Origin: Lophium mytilinum | Lineage: Eukaryota | Length of the DNA stretch: 64,000 bases | Direction: 5' to 3' | Assembly (NCBI GenBank): GCA_010093605.1 | Contig: MU004184.1 | Span: 1,436,801 to 1,500,800 of the forward strand | Part shown: piece by piece, positions 37,113-50,712 of the stretch | Numbering within the stretch: position 1 is the stretch's first letter | Layout: every line of letters starts with the position of its first letter | The notes under the pieces: model-generated | What the model saw: only the letters and a program-made list of their open reading frames with translations | What the model was told of the DNA's origin: nothing | Database searches by the model: none | Position numbers and translations under genes: made by a program

Positions 37113-37335
37113 ATACATCAACTCAGCGCTCCTAGTCCCCTGTTTCGAGCTTTCGACCGAGGTCTTCCCAGCGCCAGCATTGTTTAGGAAAGTAAACCCA
37201 GCTTGTGCTACCTATAAGCAATCGCGACCCTCTGACCTCAAGTGGAGGCTTCAAACCTGCAACGGACGTCCCCCGACGACACATCCCCTTGAACTCAAAG
37301 ACGACGATTAGGCTCGAGCTACGCGGCCAGTCAAG

Positions 37336-39085
37336 ATGGAGCAAGAAAAGGAAATCGCAAAGGCCCCGTCGCTGGACTACGAGACCGGCAAGTCCGACTT
37401 CCTCGACGAAGATGCCATGAAGCTCGCCGAGATGGGCTACACCCAGGACATGAAGCGTAACTTCTCCGTCTGGTCAGTCTTGGGTGTTGGCTTCTCTCTC
37501 ACCAACTCCTGGTTCGGTATCTCAGCAGCCATGATTACTGGTATCAATTCTGGAGGGCCTCTTCTAATCATCTACGGCATCATCCTTATTGCGCTCATCT
37601 CGACCTGTGTCGGTATCTCGCTCTCTGAACTGGCGAGTGCCCTGCCGAATGCTGGAGGCCAGTATTTCTGGGCCAACGAGTTGGCCCCGAAGCGATATGC
37701 CAATTTCGCGTCTTACCTTACTGGATGGTTTGCGTGGACTGGGTCCATCTTTACCTCTGCGTCTGTGGCTTTAGCTATGGGTAGCGCGTTGGTGGGATGC
37801 TGGCAGCTTGGACATCCTGATTTGTGAGTAGCATTTATTTCTCGAAGCAAACTAAAGGAGGGAGTTCCGATAAACATGGGGGAAAGGACCCTGAAAAAGA
37901 CATGCTATCCTCATAGAACATCTTGGCTAATTTGGTCTTCAGCGTGATCAAGCCATGGCATGTGTTCGTTGCGTATCAAATCACGAACATATTCTGCTTC
38001 TTCTTCAACTGCTACGGCAAAACCCTACCCAAAGTCGCAACCTTCACCCTCTGGACCTCCCTCGTCTCCTTCTTCGTCCTTCTTGTCGCGGTACCTGCCT
38101 CAGCACCTACCCACCAGCACGCCAAATTCGTCTTCGCGACTTTCATCAACAACACTGGCTGGAGTCAAAACGGCATTGCCTTTATTGTGGGTCTCGTAAA
38201 CACCAACTGGGCTTTTGCGTGTCTAGACTGCGCAACGCATATGGCAGAAGAGGTACATAAGCCAGAGCGCATGATCCCCATTGCCATCATGGGCACTGTC
38301 GCGATCGGGTTCGTCACCTCCTGGTTCTTCTCCATCTCCATGTTCTTCTCCATTGTCGGCGACTTCTCTGAAATCGCGGGGACCTCCACCCTTGTGCCCA
38401 TCCTGGAGCTATTTTACCGTGCCTTCAGCGAGAACACCGCTGGCGCTATCTTCGCTGAGGTCCTAATCATCCTAACCGGCTATGGCTGCTTAATTGCAAG
38501 TCACACATGGCAGAGCCGATTGTGCTGGAGCTTTGCGCGTGATAGAGGTCTCCCGGGACATCAGTGGTTGTCCCAGGTCCACCCAACGCTTGGTGTACCA
38601 GTATACGCACATTTCGTTAGTTGTGCGTGGGTAGCTGCCGTAGGCTGTCTGTATCTGGGATCCTACACTGCCTTCAACTCGTAAGTTCCCCCTCCTTCAA
38701 CAATCTAGGAATTCGAAACTAACAACCCCAAAGCATGGTCACAGCCTGCATCGTCCTCCTCTACGTCTCCTACGCCATCCCAGTCGTCTGCCTGCTCATC
38801 AAAGGCCGCAATAACATCGAGCACGGCCCTTTCTGGCTCGGCCCAATCGGCCTCTTTTCGAATATTGTTCTCCTGTGTTGGACTGCGTTCACGATCATCA
38901 TGTACAGCTTCCCATATGCCAAGCCCGTGCTTGCTAGCAATATGAACTATGTCAGCGCTGTGTATGGCGTCGTCATCACGCTTATGACTATTGACTGGGT
39001 GGTCCGCGGACGCAAGAGCTATAGAGGGCAGGAGAGTAGGCATGCCGAGGTTGAGGACGTCGTCAGAAGGGAAAGTGTGGGATGA
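37336..39085 (+). CDS. HNM1: APC-superfamily amino acid/choline transporter (ACT family), Hnm1-like choline/ethanolamine permease; 3 exons
   Basis: LAEMGYTQDMKRNFSVWSVLGVGFSLTNSWFG, LSELASALPNAGGQYFW, LDCATHMAEE, HTWQSRLCWSFARDRGLP, SNMNYVS; about 12 hydrophobic segments. Confidence 0.88.
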
Positions 39086-40251
39086 TGATGCTATGACGGA
39101 TTGAAATCTGCTTTTGTTGCTTTTGTTTCAAGAATTAGGCGCATAGGCGCCGTGAATACCTGGTGAGATTCCGTCCGATCTTAGGCAGAGAAGTCTAAAC
39201 TTCTGCAAAGACATATCTTCCAGTCATTATCAAGATATTATGTAATGAAACACCTATCTTATCCTCACTCTTTGCCTGACCGAGTACCAACTGTCTCTTT
39301 TTCGTTGTTTGTATTTTGTCACTTAATACACAAGCTCAATGGCTGACAGGTAGGCGCCTAGGTGTTCAAGTAGTCTCAAAGGGGTCGGGACCAATTCTGC
39401 AAGAGGAACACAGGTGACTGATTGACACTCATCAACGAACCGACTCGGGCAGAGAAATGGGTTTCGTACGAGGGTCATAGTAATCTTGTGGTTTACCGTT
39501 CTGATAATCGAGGTTTGAGGGCGCCGAGGCTAGTTGCTTCCTATAGATCCGTCTGAAGTTGCCTTCTCCTTTCTTTGAAGAAGACAGAAAGACTTCGCAT
39601 GTTCGAAGCATGGAAGAATACAGGCGATGAAGTGTAGATTACATAACCCATCGATCCATCTTATAACCAACCATATCCCTCGGCCCGTCGCATTTGGCCA
39701 TACGATATCGATGAGAATACAACCAATAGGAAGCTTCGAGCGATAAGAGCTGCAGCGAAATACTTGAGCAACACATGCCCTCTAAACTTTTTGTACACTA
39801 ACCTAGCACCGCCTGGGGTCCTTTGATACTTCATAAGAGATCGGAAAAGGACAATCTTAACAAGACTAAAAGCCTTGCGGGCCACGTCAAACGGTGGCAG
39901 GCTGTCTCTTCACACAGTGTGTTTAAGATAATTTACAAGGGTCCGGATGAAAGGTTGGCTTGACGCATGGAGTCAAGGGAATAGTGCTTTCGCTGTTCAG
40001 GAGTGTAAATACACTGTAATAAAACAGCATGCCAGATAGGATTCGAGAAAGGAAAAAGACAAATTCTCGACACCTTGACTAACAGCATTTCTCGACCTCA
40101 ACCATAGCTTTGCATGCTGCAACAACGCATGTGAAGCTGAACTTATCTCTTCAACTCATCCGTAGAACCTCCCTAGACAAGTTGTCAAAGAAGAGAAGTT
40201 TTCGAAGTAGAGAGACAAGCATAAACAGCCACAAACACTCAACGCCGCAGC

Positions 40252-43200
40252 TTACTCCGACATCGTGTCGCCCGTAGACGTTGTCTCACTCTCATCGTCC
40301 ACGGTAATCACCGATCGATCCCTCTGAACGCTCTCTTGCTCGCGACTGCCACGCTGTCCCTCTTCCTCACTGTCCTCTTCCGCCTCGGCCTGTGCCGCTT
40401 GCTCATCAATCGCCGTCATCCTAATCACAAACTCCCTCTGCAGCTCCTTCAACCACGCCGCCAAAACATCGCCTTGCATGGTCCCGTTCTGAGCTTGGAC
40501 GAGATGCTCCTTGAGGTTAAGGATTAGCTTACGGCGTCGTTCGCGGATAACGGCGGCGGAGGTCTTCTTGCGTCTAAGGATGTTGCTCTCAAGCTTTCGC
40601 GCTACGACTTCGGCGTGTTTGAGGACTCCAGGCGGGAGAGGAACAACACGGGCAAGGGCAAGGCCGTAGTGGGATTCGTGGACGGAGCCTTCGGCTATCT
40701 TGTAGAGCATTGTCATTGCGTCGTTTTCGGTCATCTTCCAGAGTTAGTGATGGTTTCGATGTCGTTTTCCGGCTTTCAAACCTCGACAGCAAGGTGCAGG
40801 CTTATGACGCCGTTCCGCTCTGCCATTATTGTGGCTAGATCGCGAAAGTGTGTCGCAAACCAGACCAAGGCCTACAAGTCAGTCAGTAAAAGAGCTTCCA
40901 AAAGATACCCGGCGCACAAACTCTGCTTTCAACAAGAGCCTCCGCGATAGCCAAAGCAATAGCGATGCCGTCTCTCGTACTAGTGCCTCGACCAAGCTCG
41001 TCGATGATAGCCCTATGTCAGAAGTCAGGTGAGATCCGAGTTTCAGCAACATCATCTGAACCTACATGCTTCGGCGATCAATGTTGCGTAGGATGAAAGC
41101 AGTTTCCCTCATCTCAGCAGCAAATGTCGAGACATTAGCTTCGATACTGTCGTCCATGGAGACTCGAGCGAAAAGCTGATGCAGGATCGGGAATGAAGCG
41201 TATTGTGCCGGAACACTGGTTATAGATCAGACCGGTGTTCTTTCAGATTCAAAGAAACCTACAAGCTTCCTATCTGCGCCATGACAGCCATGAGAGCTAT
41301 CGATCGAATGTAGGTGCTCTTGCCTAAGCCATTAATGTTAAACTACCCAACCAGAATTGAAGGTTAGACTTACCACTCATATTGCAGCCTGTGCGGAAAA
41401 TGACAAAAGTTAGTCCGTATCATACAATCTACGAAGGGAGATTATGTACCCGTAATAATCTGAAATCTTGTCTGCTGAGTAGCATAAACGTCGTTGGGGA
41501 TGAACTTGGTCTGTTGAAGCTTTTCACGGATAGGATGGCGACCAGACTTGATAGCCAACGTGTCGGTAATTTGAGGGCGAACTGTGATGTGTTAGCCCAA
41601 TCTTTTGTACGACTAAAGAGTTCCTCACCATAGTCTTGACTTGTAGCCGTGTGGGCAAAGGACGAAACCTATCATCGTCGTTAGCGACACTATCTTTAAT
41701 AAAGAGAATAGTGGATTACCATGTCAAGCATTGCAATACTTTCACAAATCTTGAACAAAATTGACATCTGCTCGCGAACCGCCTCGATAAGATCCTGAAC
41801 AGCTTCGTCGCCTGGTGAGGTCAGCGACATCAGAGAATAGCAGTCACATGCCATACTCATTAACAGCACTTCTTGATGAGACGTGGTAATCTATCAGCTT
41901 ATTAGTGCGTGAACATGACATACGAATCAATTTGCCTTACTTTCTGATTGCGTTTCATCAGCTCTAAAGTCTGACATTCAATCATATTCTTCTTGCGAAA
42001 GATGTTCGTGAACACTGGCGGCAAAGGGCGCTGCTCGACCTCAGAGGCTGCAATCCGGATGTGGAATTGGCGAGCGTTGTCGTATTTGAGTTCGAGGGGG
42101 ATATCGTACTCCTCTGTAACTACAATAAGCAACCGTGAAGCGCCGAACGGTACCAAAACTGGACATACCGCTCAGCTCTGTGGAGTGCTGATAAGCGTCT
42201 TCCATTGCTTCCTTGTATGTAGTTCTAGCAACATCGAGAAGTCCGTTGACGCCAGACTGGCGCGGCGTCAGCTCTGAAAGCCTAACACGATCAATGAAAG
42301 ATCATACCTTGACTGCATACGTGCGTTGATTCCTCAGCTCGAGTGGCTGACCTGCATATGTCGTATTTTCGTTGATGACAGCATCAATGAGGTTCTGAAC
42401 CTGAACCACATTTTCAGGAGCACAAAGCTTTTCAGCATGTCAGAAGTGTAAAGGACCCAATTTCAAGGCTTCATACCTCGCGTATGTTGACCAACATAGT
42501 GCATCTAGCTCCAGTCAAGGCCTCGTAAATAGGATTGACCGAGTTGACGAACTGCTTGAGCATGATGACATTGTTGACAGATTGCTCAGTATGCTGTAGA
42601 TTCGGCTCTTTCGGGATGATGATAAGCTAGACACGACATTAGTGATGGCTCCTTATGCACGGCGGAGGCGTCATTACGGCAGTCAATATCTTGTCAGCAT
42701 CAAGGAACGATTTCAGCGCTGCAATTAGATTAGTACATGTTAGAAGGGCATGATGGACCTATTCAGACCAGCTTTCGTAGAGTAGAACATCTCCTCTTTC
42801 GTTGACAGCTCTTCCAACGCATCATAGCGAGTGTTGAGAGTTTCTGGGTCTGTTAGTGGTTGGAGGATGTTGCTGCGGAGGAGTCTCGATCCCATTGGCG
42901 TCAATGTCTCGTTCAGCAGACCAAAGAGGCAATCTCGAGATTTCGGTGTTTGAAGATTCTGAATTAGTTCAAGAGCGTAAATGGTGGAAACGTCGATCAT
43001 CATGGAACCCTCTGAGGGTTCGTACTTGATTCTGAGAGAGTGATAGGGAAACGTCTTCGCGAGTCCTAGCTCGATATACTTGAGAACCTAGAAATAGAAC
43101 TAGTAAGAAAGAGTCTATCCGAGGACTCGCCCGACTCACAGCTGCAGTACAGCAAACTGCGAAATAGTTGCCTCCGACGGAAATCTTGATAGCCTCAACA

Positions 43201-43721
43201 TCTTCCTTGAAAGCAAGCTGTTGGATGTACTCCAAGCCAGTTGATTCGGCCCAGTAACGGCGATCTAGAAGAGTAATCTTGCTGTCAAGTACTTCCAGGT
43301 TCTCCTCGATAATTGAAAAGAGCTTTGACTTGGGACTTGCGGCCGTAGTCACAATCAGGATTTCGGAAGGTCCGTAGACTCTCAGCTTGTGGATCGTTCT
43401 CACGTAAGTTTGACTGTCACAGATCTGGCACAATACTGCCTCTCCAGTGTCGAGATTGACGAATGCAAGGCCAACTGTTGGGGAGATGCCACGAGACTCG
43501 CTCACAGCACAAACAACCTGCTGGGCCTCGACTCTGGCAATAGTTGAGGCGCCAGTTCTTGGGCGTCCAGTTCCGGGTCGACCATTACTCCTGCGACCAG
43601 TTCTCGGACGAGAAGTCGTTCCTGTATTGTCAGCGTATAGATATGATGGATACGAGGTCGAAGCGGATGTGAACGATGTCGAGGGGCGCCCCCGAGAACC
43701 TCGAGAGCTTCGGGAGGCCAT
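40252..43721 (-). CDS. MSH4: Meiosis-specific MutS homolog 4; many short exons
   Basis: CAVSESRGISPTVGLAF, QICDSQTYVRT, LELIQNLQ, TLTPMGSRLLRSNILQP; Walker A ITG/CNMSG/KSTYIR; STFAAEMRE; IIDELGRGTSTRDG; FATHF; HYGLALA; no mismatch-binding domain seen. Confidence 0.93.
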
Positions 43722-43995
43722 CTCAGTGATTAGTTTGCCTGTTTGTGAGTGTAAATCAGTAGCCTCTCTTAAGGGGTGCAAATTGGCCTCTCATCCGAGA
43801 CATTCGGCTGGGAGTGTTTAGACCAGACGGAGGGCCTCAGACGTCGTCAACGTAAGAGCAGAAAGATGTGCACGGACCCCGAAATATTGGCGTCTTAGAA
43901 CTTTATTCTATCAAAAGTTCGATTTCGACTCTCACACTCCTCCACGCCGCACACCCCTCCAATACACACACACAAGTCCTGCGATTTCATTTAAA

Positions 43996-45654
43996 ATGGC
44001 GACAGTCCCCCCGCCCCCCAGTAAAAGACAGAAAACCGCTGCTGCAGCCCTTGCTCGAGAACAGGCCGATGTCACAGAGGACATCCCCGAGGGCGCAATT
44101 CGCGTCCGATTCGTAGACCAAGCCACGGGTGAGGCTGGAAGCCTGCCTGTGATATCGATAGCTCTGGCAAATGCGACGACCAAGAACCTCGAACTGCTGC
44201 TCAATGAGCTGCAGGAGCGCGGGGATGACCGCATCCCATACCGATTCTTCTACACCTCCGGAGGACCCCCATACGATGGCGGAGGGGAGGCCCTGGGCGA
44301 CCGATCAGACCTCTACAATGCACTAGTGAAACCCGGCAAAATATCTGCAGAAAGCGAGATTACTCTGCAATATGCACCACAAGCCGTTTTTCGAGTAAAA
44401 GCAGTCTCGCGGTGCGCAGCGGCCATATCAGGACATGGAGAGTACATACTTACCGCTCAGTTCTCACCGGCAAACTCACAGAGACTGGCCACCGGAGCGG
44501 GAGATAATACTGCAAGAGTGATTACGTTTCATGTCCCACTGAGACGCTTCGCTAAGACTTTCCTAGATATTCGATTGCGAAACCGGCACTCCAGTCCACA
44601 CCCTCAAAGGCCATACCTCGTGGGTCCTCACGGTAGCATGGTCACCAGAAGGCCAAATCCTCGCGACAGGATCGATGGACAACACCGTGCGGCTGTGGGA
44701 CCCCTCTTCAGGGCAGGCTTTGGGGACAGCATTGAAAGGTCACACGAAATGGGTCAATTCGCTGAGCTGGGAGCCCTACCACTTGCAAGCATCGGGGCGC
44801 CCTCGCGTCGCATCATCCTCAAAAGACGCAACAGTCCGAATATGGGATGTTGTTGGAAGAAAGATCGATTTCGCCCTCACTGGCCACAAGGACTCCGTGA
44901 CGTGCGTCAAATGGGGCGGAACAGGGCTGATATACACCACTTCGCATGATAAAACCGTCAAAGTGTGGGAAGCGTCCACGCAGACTCTCAAATTCACCCT
45001 AAGCGGCCACGCTCACTGGATCAACCACATGGCCTTGTCGTCAGAATTTGCACTACGCACTGGGTACCACGACCACACTGGCAAAGTCCCGGCAACCGAG
45101 GATGAAAAGGTCGCAAAAGCGAAAGAACGCTTCGAAAAGGCCGTCACAGTCGGGGGCGAGATCGTCGAGCGTCTGGCTACCGCGTCCGACGACACCACCG
45201 TGTACCTCTGGTCTCCACTCACTTCCAGAAAACCAATTGCCCGCCTCACGGGCCACCAGAAGCAGGTCAATCATGTCACATTCAGTCCCGACGGCTTCTA
45301 CGTTGCGTCGGCTGGTTTCGACAATCACGTTAAGCTGTGGTCTGCAAGAGACGGGAAGTTCCTCTTTTCACTCCGCGGGCACGTGGCGTCAGGTAAGTAC
45401 TCAGATGAAGAGCGAATACAGTCACGCTTGCTAACGTTGTTCTAGTATATCAGTGCTGCTTCTCCGCAGACTCACGGCTACTTGTCTCAGCAAGCAAAGA
45501 TACAACACTCAAAGCGTGGGACGTACGCACCGGCAAGCTTAAGGAAGATTTACCCGGACATAAGGACGAAGTGTATGCCGTTGACTGGAGCCCTGACGGC
45601 GAGAAAGTGGGCAGTGGGGGTCGTGACAAGCAGGTCAGGATATGGAGGAATTGA
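43996..45654 (+). CDS. RSA4: Ribosome assembly factor Rsa4/Notchless (NLE domain + WD40 repeats); 3 exons
   Basis: MATVPPPPSKRQK, E-x-E-I-T-L-x-Y-x-PQAVFRVKAVSRC, multiple GH...WD repeats, WEPYHL, DLPGHKDEVYAVDWSPDG, ends IWRN-stop at 45654. Confidence 0.95.
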
Positions 45655-46299
45655 GCTATGGTGGGTACAAATTGGTGCAATGATTGGCGTTAATGGGTCC
45701 TTCGTTCTTCACGAATAGGCAGGCTAACGGTCACGTTTCCGTGACTACTTGCATCAAAGATACCCAAATCTTTCCGACGAATTCAAAAGTGTTTTTATAC
45801 TCACCTACTACTGCTTAGACGCCTCGACTTGTCCTGCAAAACCTGCACATAGGCGTATCTGTGTCCACTGGCCTAACGCTGCTCGAGGTGCTTCGACATG
45901 TTCCGGTCGAACCGTCATGGTGCATCTGGACGGGTTGCATGAGGCATGGTTGCGTTGGGAAGTCGGTGCAGAGGGAGAAAATTAAATGTCTATATTACAC
46001 ACAAAACCCAGGAAACTCCGGCATAGCCATGGCGCAAAAGCAAGTGCAGTGCAGTGCATCTCGAGGAACAAAAGCAAAGAGTCTAGCCTAGACTGCTTCT
46101 AGGGCATGTGCTCGCATGTAACTAGGAGAAAGCCTCGCTCGGTCTAGTGAGGGTAATCATTTCGCATCAGATCCGATCATTCGCCTGTTCGTTCGCAGCC
46201 CGTAACGCCAAATCGGTTCAAATTAGTTCTCTCGTTCAGACCTAGCCCGGAAAAGTGAAAGTCGTAGTCGAGGAGTGTCTGCTGAGCGATGGGCGCGGC

Positions 46300-47499
46300 T
46301 TAGTGGGCGTTGTTCGGAGGGGGCTCGGTCGCGGGGCCCTCAGGGGTGATGTAGCATCGGGTCATGCCGCCGTCGACAACGAAGTCGGTGCCGTTGACGA
46401 AGCTGCTCTCGTCGCTGGCGAGGAAGAGGACGGCCTGGGCTTGCTCGATGGCTTCGCCGAAGCGGCCGGTCGGGAAGTGGACGGTGCGGCGCGCACGCTT
46501 GACCTCGTCGTCGCCGAGCCAGTCTTGGAGGAGGGGAGTGCTGGGATGGTCAGATTCAATCTCGGAGGAAAGAAAGATGCGGGGAAATACTTACTTCAAT
46601 GGTGCTGGGCAGAGCGCGTTGAAGCGGTAGCCTTCACGGGCATGGCAGATAGCCAACTCTCGGGTCAACGCCAACACAGCTCCCTTGCTGGCCGTATACG
46701 CCAACTGAGGGGTAGCACTACCGACGAGCGCAACAACGGATGCAGTGTTGATGATACTGCCCTTCTTCTTGTTGAACTTCCGCAAGCTGAGAATGGCATG
46801 CTTGCTACCATACCACACGCCCTTGACGTTGATGGCCTGGGTGAGGTCCCAGATCCTGTCGGGGGTGTCGATGGCATCCGCGTCGTCGGCGTGCATGATT
46901 CCGGCATTGTTGTACATGACGTCGACACCACCCCAGGAGTCCACGCGGGCGACCATGGCTTCCACCTGGTCCTCCTTGGACACGTCGCAGATAATGGTGT
47001 CGATTTTCTCGGCGTGTGGGACAAGCTCACGCAGCCGGGCGGAGGATTTGTCTAGTGCCGACTGGGAGATGTCGGCCATGAGGACGCGGGCGCCTTCGCG
47101 GGCGAAGAGAATGCATGTCTCCAGGCCGATACCGCTATCAAGTGGTTAGTCATATAAAGTCATAGACGCAAAGAAAACCAAAAGGTGATGCTACATGAAG
47201 CAAAGCTCTCTCGGCACTCTCTAGAGAGATAGACATAGTCAAAGACGCCCAACATGCTGGGGGAAGCGACGTCGAAAAGTGAACCATGGATCGTTGATTT
47301 TGAGAGAAGTGACGTTGACTCAGAACAGCAAAACGTGTCAGATAGAGCGGAAATTGGAGAAAATGGCCCCAATTTCACAGACGATGCCTATCAGAGCACT
47401 TGAGAAACGGTGATAACGTCGAAAAGCCTACCCAGCTGCTCCGGTGACGATGCAGACCTTGCCGCCAAGACGGCCACGAGCGAAGACTTCACTGCCCAT
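46300..47499 (-). CDS. Classical NAD-dependent short-chain dehydrogenase/reductase, resembling the SDR of bacterial GlnA4 operons; 3 exons
   Basis: [18 protein letters not shown], acidic ADI, YNNAGI, INTAS, catalytic [40 protein letters not shown]; first intron about 295 nt. Confidence 0.92.
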
Positions 47500-48495
47500 G
47501 TTGAATATTGGCAGTGGCAGAGGACGGATGGTGTGTAAAGCGGTCTCGTTGCTCTGCAAGTGAAGTCGAATCAGACGATATGCACAAAAGAGAAGACGCA
47601 GAGTTTTGTGGTTCCAGCAGAATGAAATTATGACACACGCCGCCAGACAGTCATATGACGAGGCCGCCACCCGCGAGCACTGCAGGAGGGCAACGCGAAA
47701 TTTGAAGCAATGGACAAAGAAGACTTACGGAGGTGTTATCGCGAGGCAGACAATGAAAGATGGGTGAAGGAGAAGGAGCAAAGGAGAGGGCGGCGTCAAA
47801 GAAAAGGGAAGTGATGCTACGGGCAGAGTCGGTGAAAGGGCCCGATTTCGGCCACTCGAGTGCGCGATTGATTGCTGTTAGATAAGAGCCAGACTTTTTG
47901 CCATGATGACTGGCCCACCCTGCGATGGCACAGGCAATTCCTCCCGGTGGCTGCCCACCAGAGCCAGCGCTCTCCAATGGCCGCCTGCAGTGCCTGACGA
48001 GATTTGTGGTGCTTGGTGGACTCGTGAGCCCGCTGAGGGGCGCGGCACGTGGGGCATGCCGTCACACATCGTGATGGTCTAGGAGAGTAGATGCGACGGG
48101 GGGCTCTCACGATTCCCCGCCATGAGGCCGCTGGAAAAAGGGGTCTGCTCAGGGAGGGCTATGGGGCGCAAGGGAGGACGTCGCAGGTTATGTAGCACAA
48201 CCCACGCGCCGAGCCATAGCTCCGATGGAGAAGGCAGACGAGACGGTAGAGACTCCGCGCTGATGGCCACCCCACGCCATTACAGCCGCCCTCATTCGCT
48301 GAAGCTCTCCAGCGTGCATCGCCAGCTCCACCACCAGCAGCGTGCCGTCGGTGGCTTCCGCGCCCAGAAACCTGCCTTATCCCGCCCTTCGAGCTATAGC
48401 TGCCCTTAATCCGACCTCGTGTGTTTCTTGTCGCCCTCCTCCACCACCCGTCACCACCTCGTTTCCTGCGCCGAACCACCCCCCACGACCCCACC

Positions 48496-50209
48496 ATGGC
48501 CGACGAGACCCCCGACGTCACCATTGAGACCCTCCCCGAGCTCCTGAAGAATGATACCGCCGTCAAGGTGGCCGGCGTCGACGTCGATGGCATACTGCGC
48601 GGGAAGCTGATGGCGAAGAAGAAGTTCCTGTCCATTGTCAAGGACGGCTTCGGCTTCTGCTCTGTCGTCTTTGGCTGGGACATGCACGACCAGACCTATT
48701 TCAAGGAACTGGGCATCAGCAATAAGGAGAGTGGATACAGAGACATCATCGCCGTGCCAGACCTCACCTCTTTCCGCAGGATACCGTGGGAGAACGACGT
48801 CCCCTTCTTCCTTGTTAGCTTCTACGACCCCGATACGCACTCGTCGCTGAGTGCGTGCCCACGCTCCATCTTGAAGCGCACCGTGGACAAATTGGCAGAG
48901 AAGGGCTTGGGTGCCATGGCTGGAGGTGAGCTGCAGTGTGTGGGCGGAGCTCCTGCGTCAAATCGCTTGTAGCTCTGTGCAGGCTAATTGCGATTGCGAT
49001 TCGAGGAGCTAATTGTGCCTCCTCCACTTAGCGGAATACGAATTCTTCCAATTCAGGGCCCCCGAGAATCCAGGAAGCAGCGAACGAAACTCCTCCGCTA
49101 CCGCCACCTTCCTCCGAGACAATCCAGTCAATTCGCTCCCATCGCTCACCGAAGGCATGTTTGGATACAGCATAACGAGGCCGGTACATAATCAAGACTA
49201 CTTCTACGGCATTTTCGACAATTGCAAGAAGTTTAGGTGCGGCATCGAAGGATGGCATACGGAAAGTGGACCGGGTGTTTTTGAAGCTGTAAGTATTACA
49301 TTGGTAGTCGTGCGATTATATTCTAACCAAAGGCTAGGCCCTCGAGTTCGGTGAAATCACACAAATGGCGGATAAGGCGTCGCTATTCAAGTAAGGATCC
49401 CTAGACTGTATAGTTCCGGATTGGCTAACCATACCTAGACTGGTGGTCAAGTCATTGGGCAGCAAGCACGGCATAACACCCTGCTTCATGGCGAAACCTC
49501 GGGCCGGCCTCCCAGGAAACTCAGGCCATATGCATGTCTCCATTGTAGATAAGGAGGGCAAGAATCTTTTCTACCGCGAGAAAGAAGACACTGAACACAA
49601 GTGGCAAGATCTCCGGCACCTATCGGATATGGGACGGCATTTCCTCGCTGGGCTTATCGATGGTTTGGCCGACATCATGCCAATTCTCGCACCAAACATC
49701 AACTCGTATAAGCGGTTGGTCGAGAACTTCTGGGCGCCAGTGACCGTTTCATGGGGCTTGGAACATCGTGCTGCCTCTATCCGGCTTATCAGCCCGCCTA
49801 CGTCCAGCCCGAAGGCAACTAGGTTTGAGGTCAGAGTCCCAGGAGCTGATACTAACCCGCACTTCGTGCTCGCTGCGATCCTCGCCCTCGGATGGAGAGG
49901 CATTGAAAAGAAGTTGGAGATCTCTGTGCCCCCACTCGGGAAAGGAGAGGAGGTCGGAGGTGTCCAGGACAGGGGCGTACGACTAGCGAAGTCGCTGAAA
50001 GAAGCTACAGAGACCTTCATGAGGCCGGAGAGTGTAGCACGAGAAGTATTCGGAGATGAGTTTGTGGATCATTATGGAGGGACGAGGGAGCACGAGATCC
50101 GGCTTTTCGATGAAGCTGTCACGGATTGGTAAGTTTCACGGCCCTTTCTTTCAAGTGTTAAGTGCTAATTTGTCACAGGGAGGTTCGTCGCTACATTGAA
50201 GTGGTATAA
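48496..50209 (+). CDS. Glutamine-synthetase-like (GSI-type) protein, probable gamma-glutamyl-amine ligase; 5 exons
   Basis: DVDGILRGK, PDLTSFRRIPW, EYEFF, HTESGPGVFE, MAKP-PGNSGHMHVS, NSYKRL, RAASIR, RFEVRVPGADTNP; the GYEAP flap of true GS is replaced by NFWAP. Confidence 0.92.
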
Positions 50210-50712
50210 GGGCGGAGATTTCCCAAGTTCTTGGGAGTATCGAAGGTTCATGTTTCGATGCTTGAAATGACTGTGATCTAGGATATGTACGATCGGCATA
50301 ATGGAAGGTAGACGCAAAAGGGCCTTGGATAGGAATATGTACTTTTATATCCTAGAGGAATTCGATACAAATGTGTCAACCCTTAGTTCCCTCAAGCTCT
50401 GGCTAAGCGACTGCATAGCATCCTCCTTATCTCCTACGAAACCTCTCTTGTACGTACCTAGGTTTGGAATACTATCAGCATCGTGTGATAAGATCTTCAT
50501 TATTTGAAGATGTATGACGTAATCCTGACGCCCCGCATTCTCGTGACTTTATTGGCCATAGCGGGGCGAGATGCTAAGTCCGAACAGTCCATCACGTCAA
50601 GACCATGAATTGCTTCTACAAGCACTTTCCTTCAAAACTCCTTTCCCCAATTTCTGCAAGATCAATTCTTCTCAATTCCAGAAAACCAATCTCGTGTACA
50701 CGGAGACTAGCA

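Noticed and set aside
46255..47055. 266-aa plus-strand ORF and similar long antisense ORFs over SEN1, DNF1 and MCM1
   Set aside because: Antisense shadows of real genes caused by codon bias.
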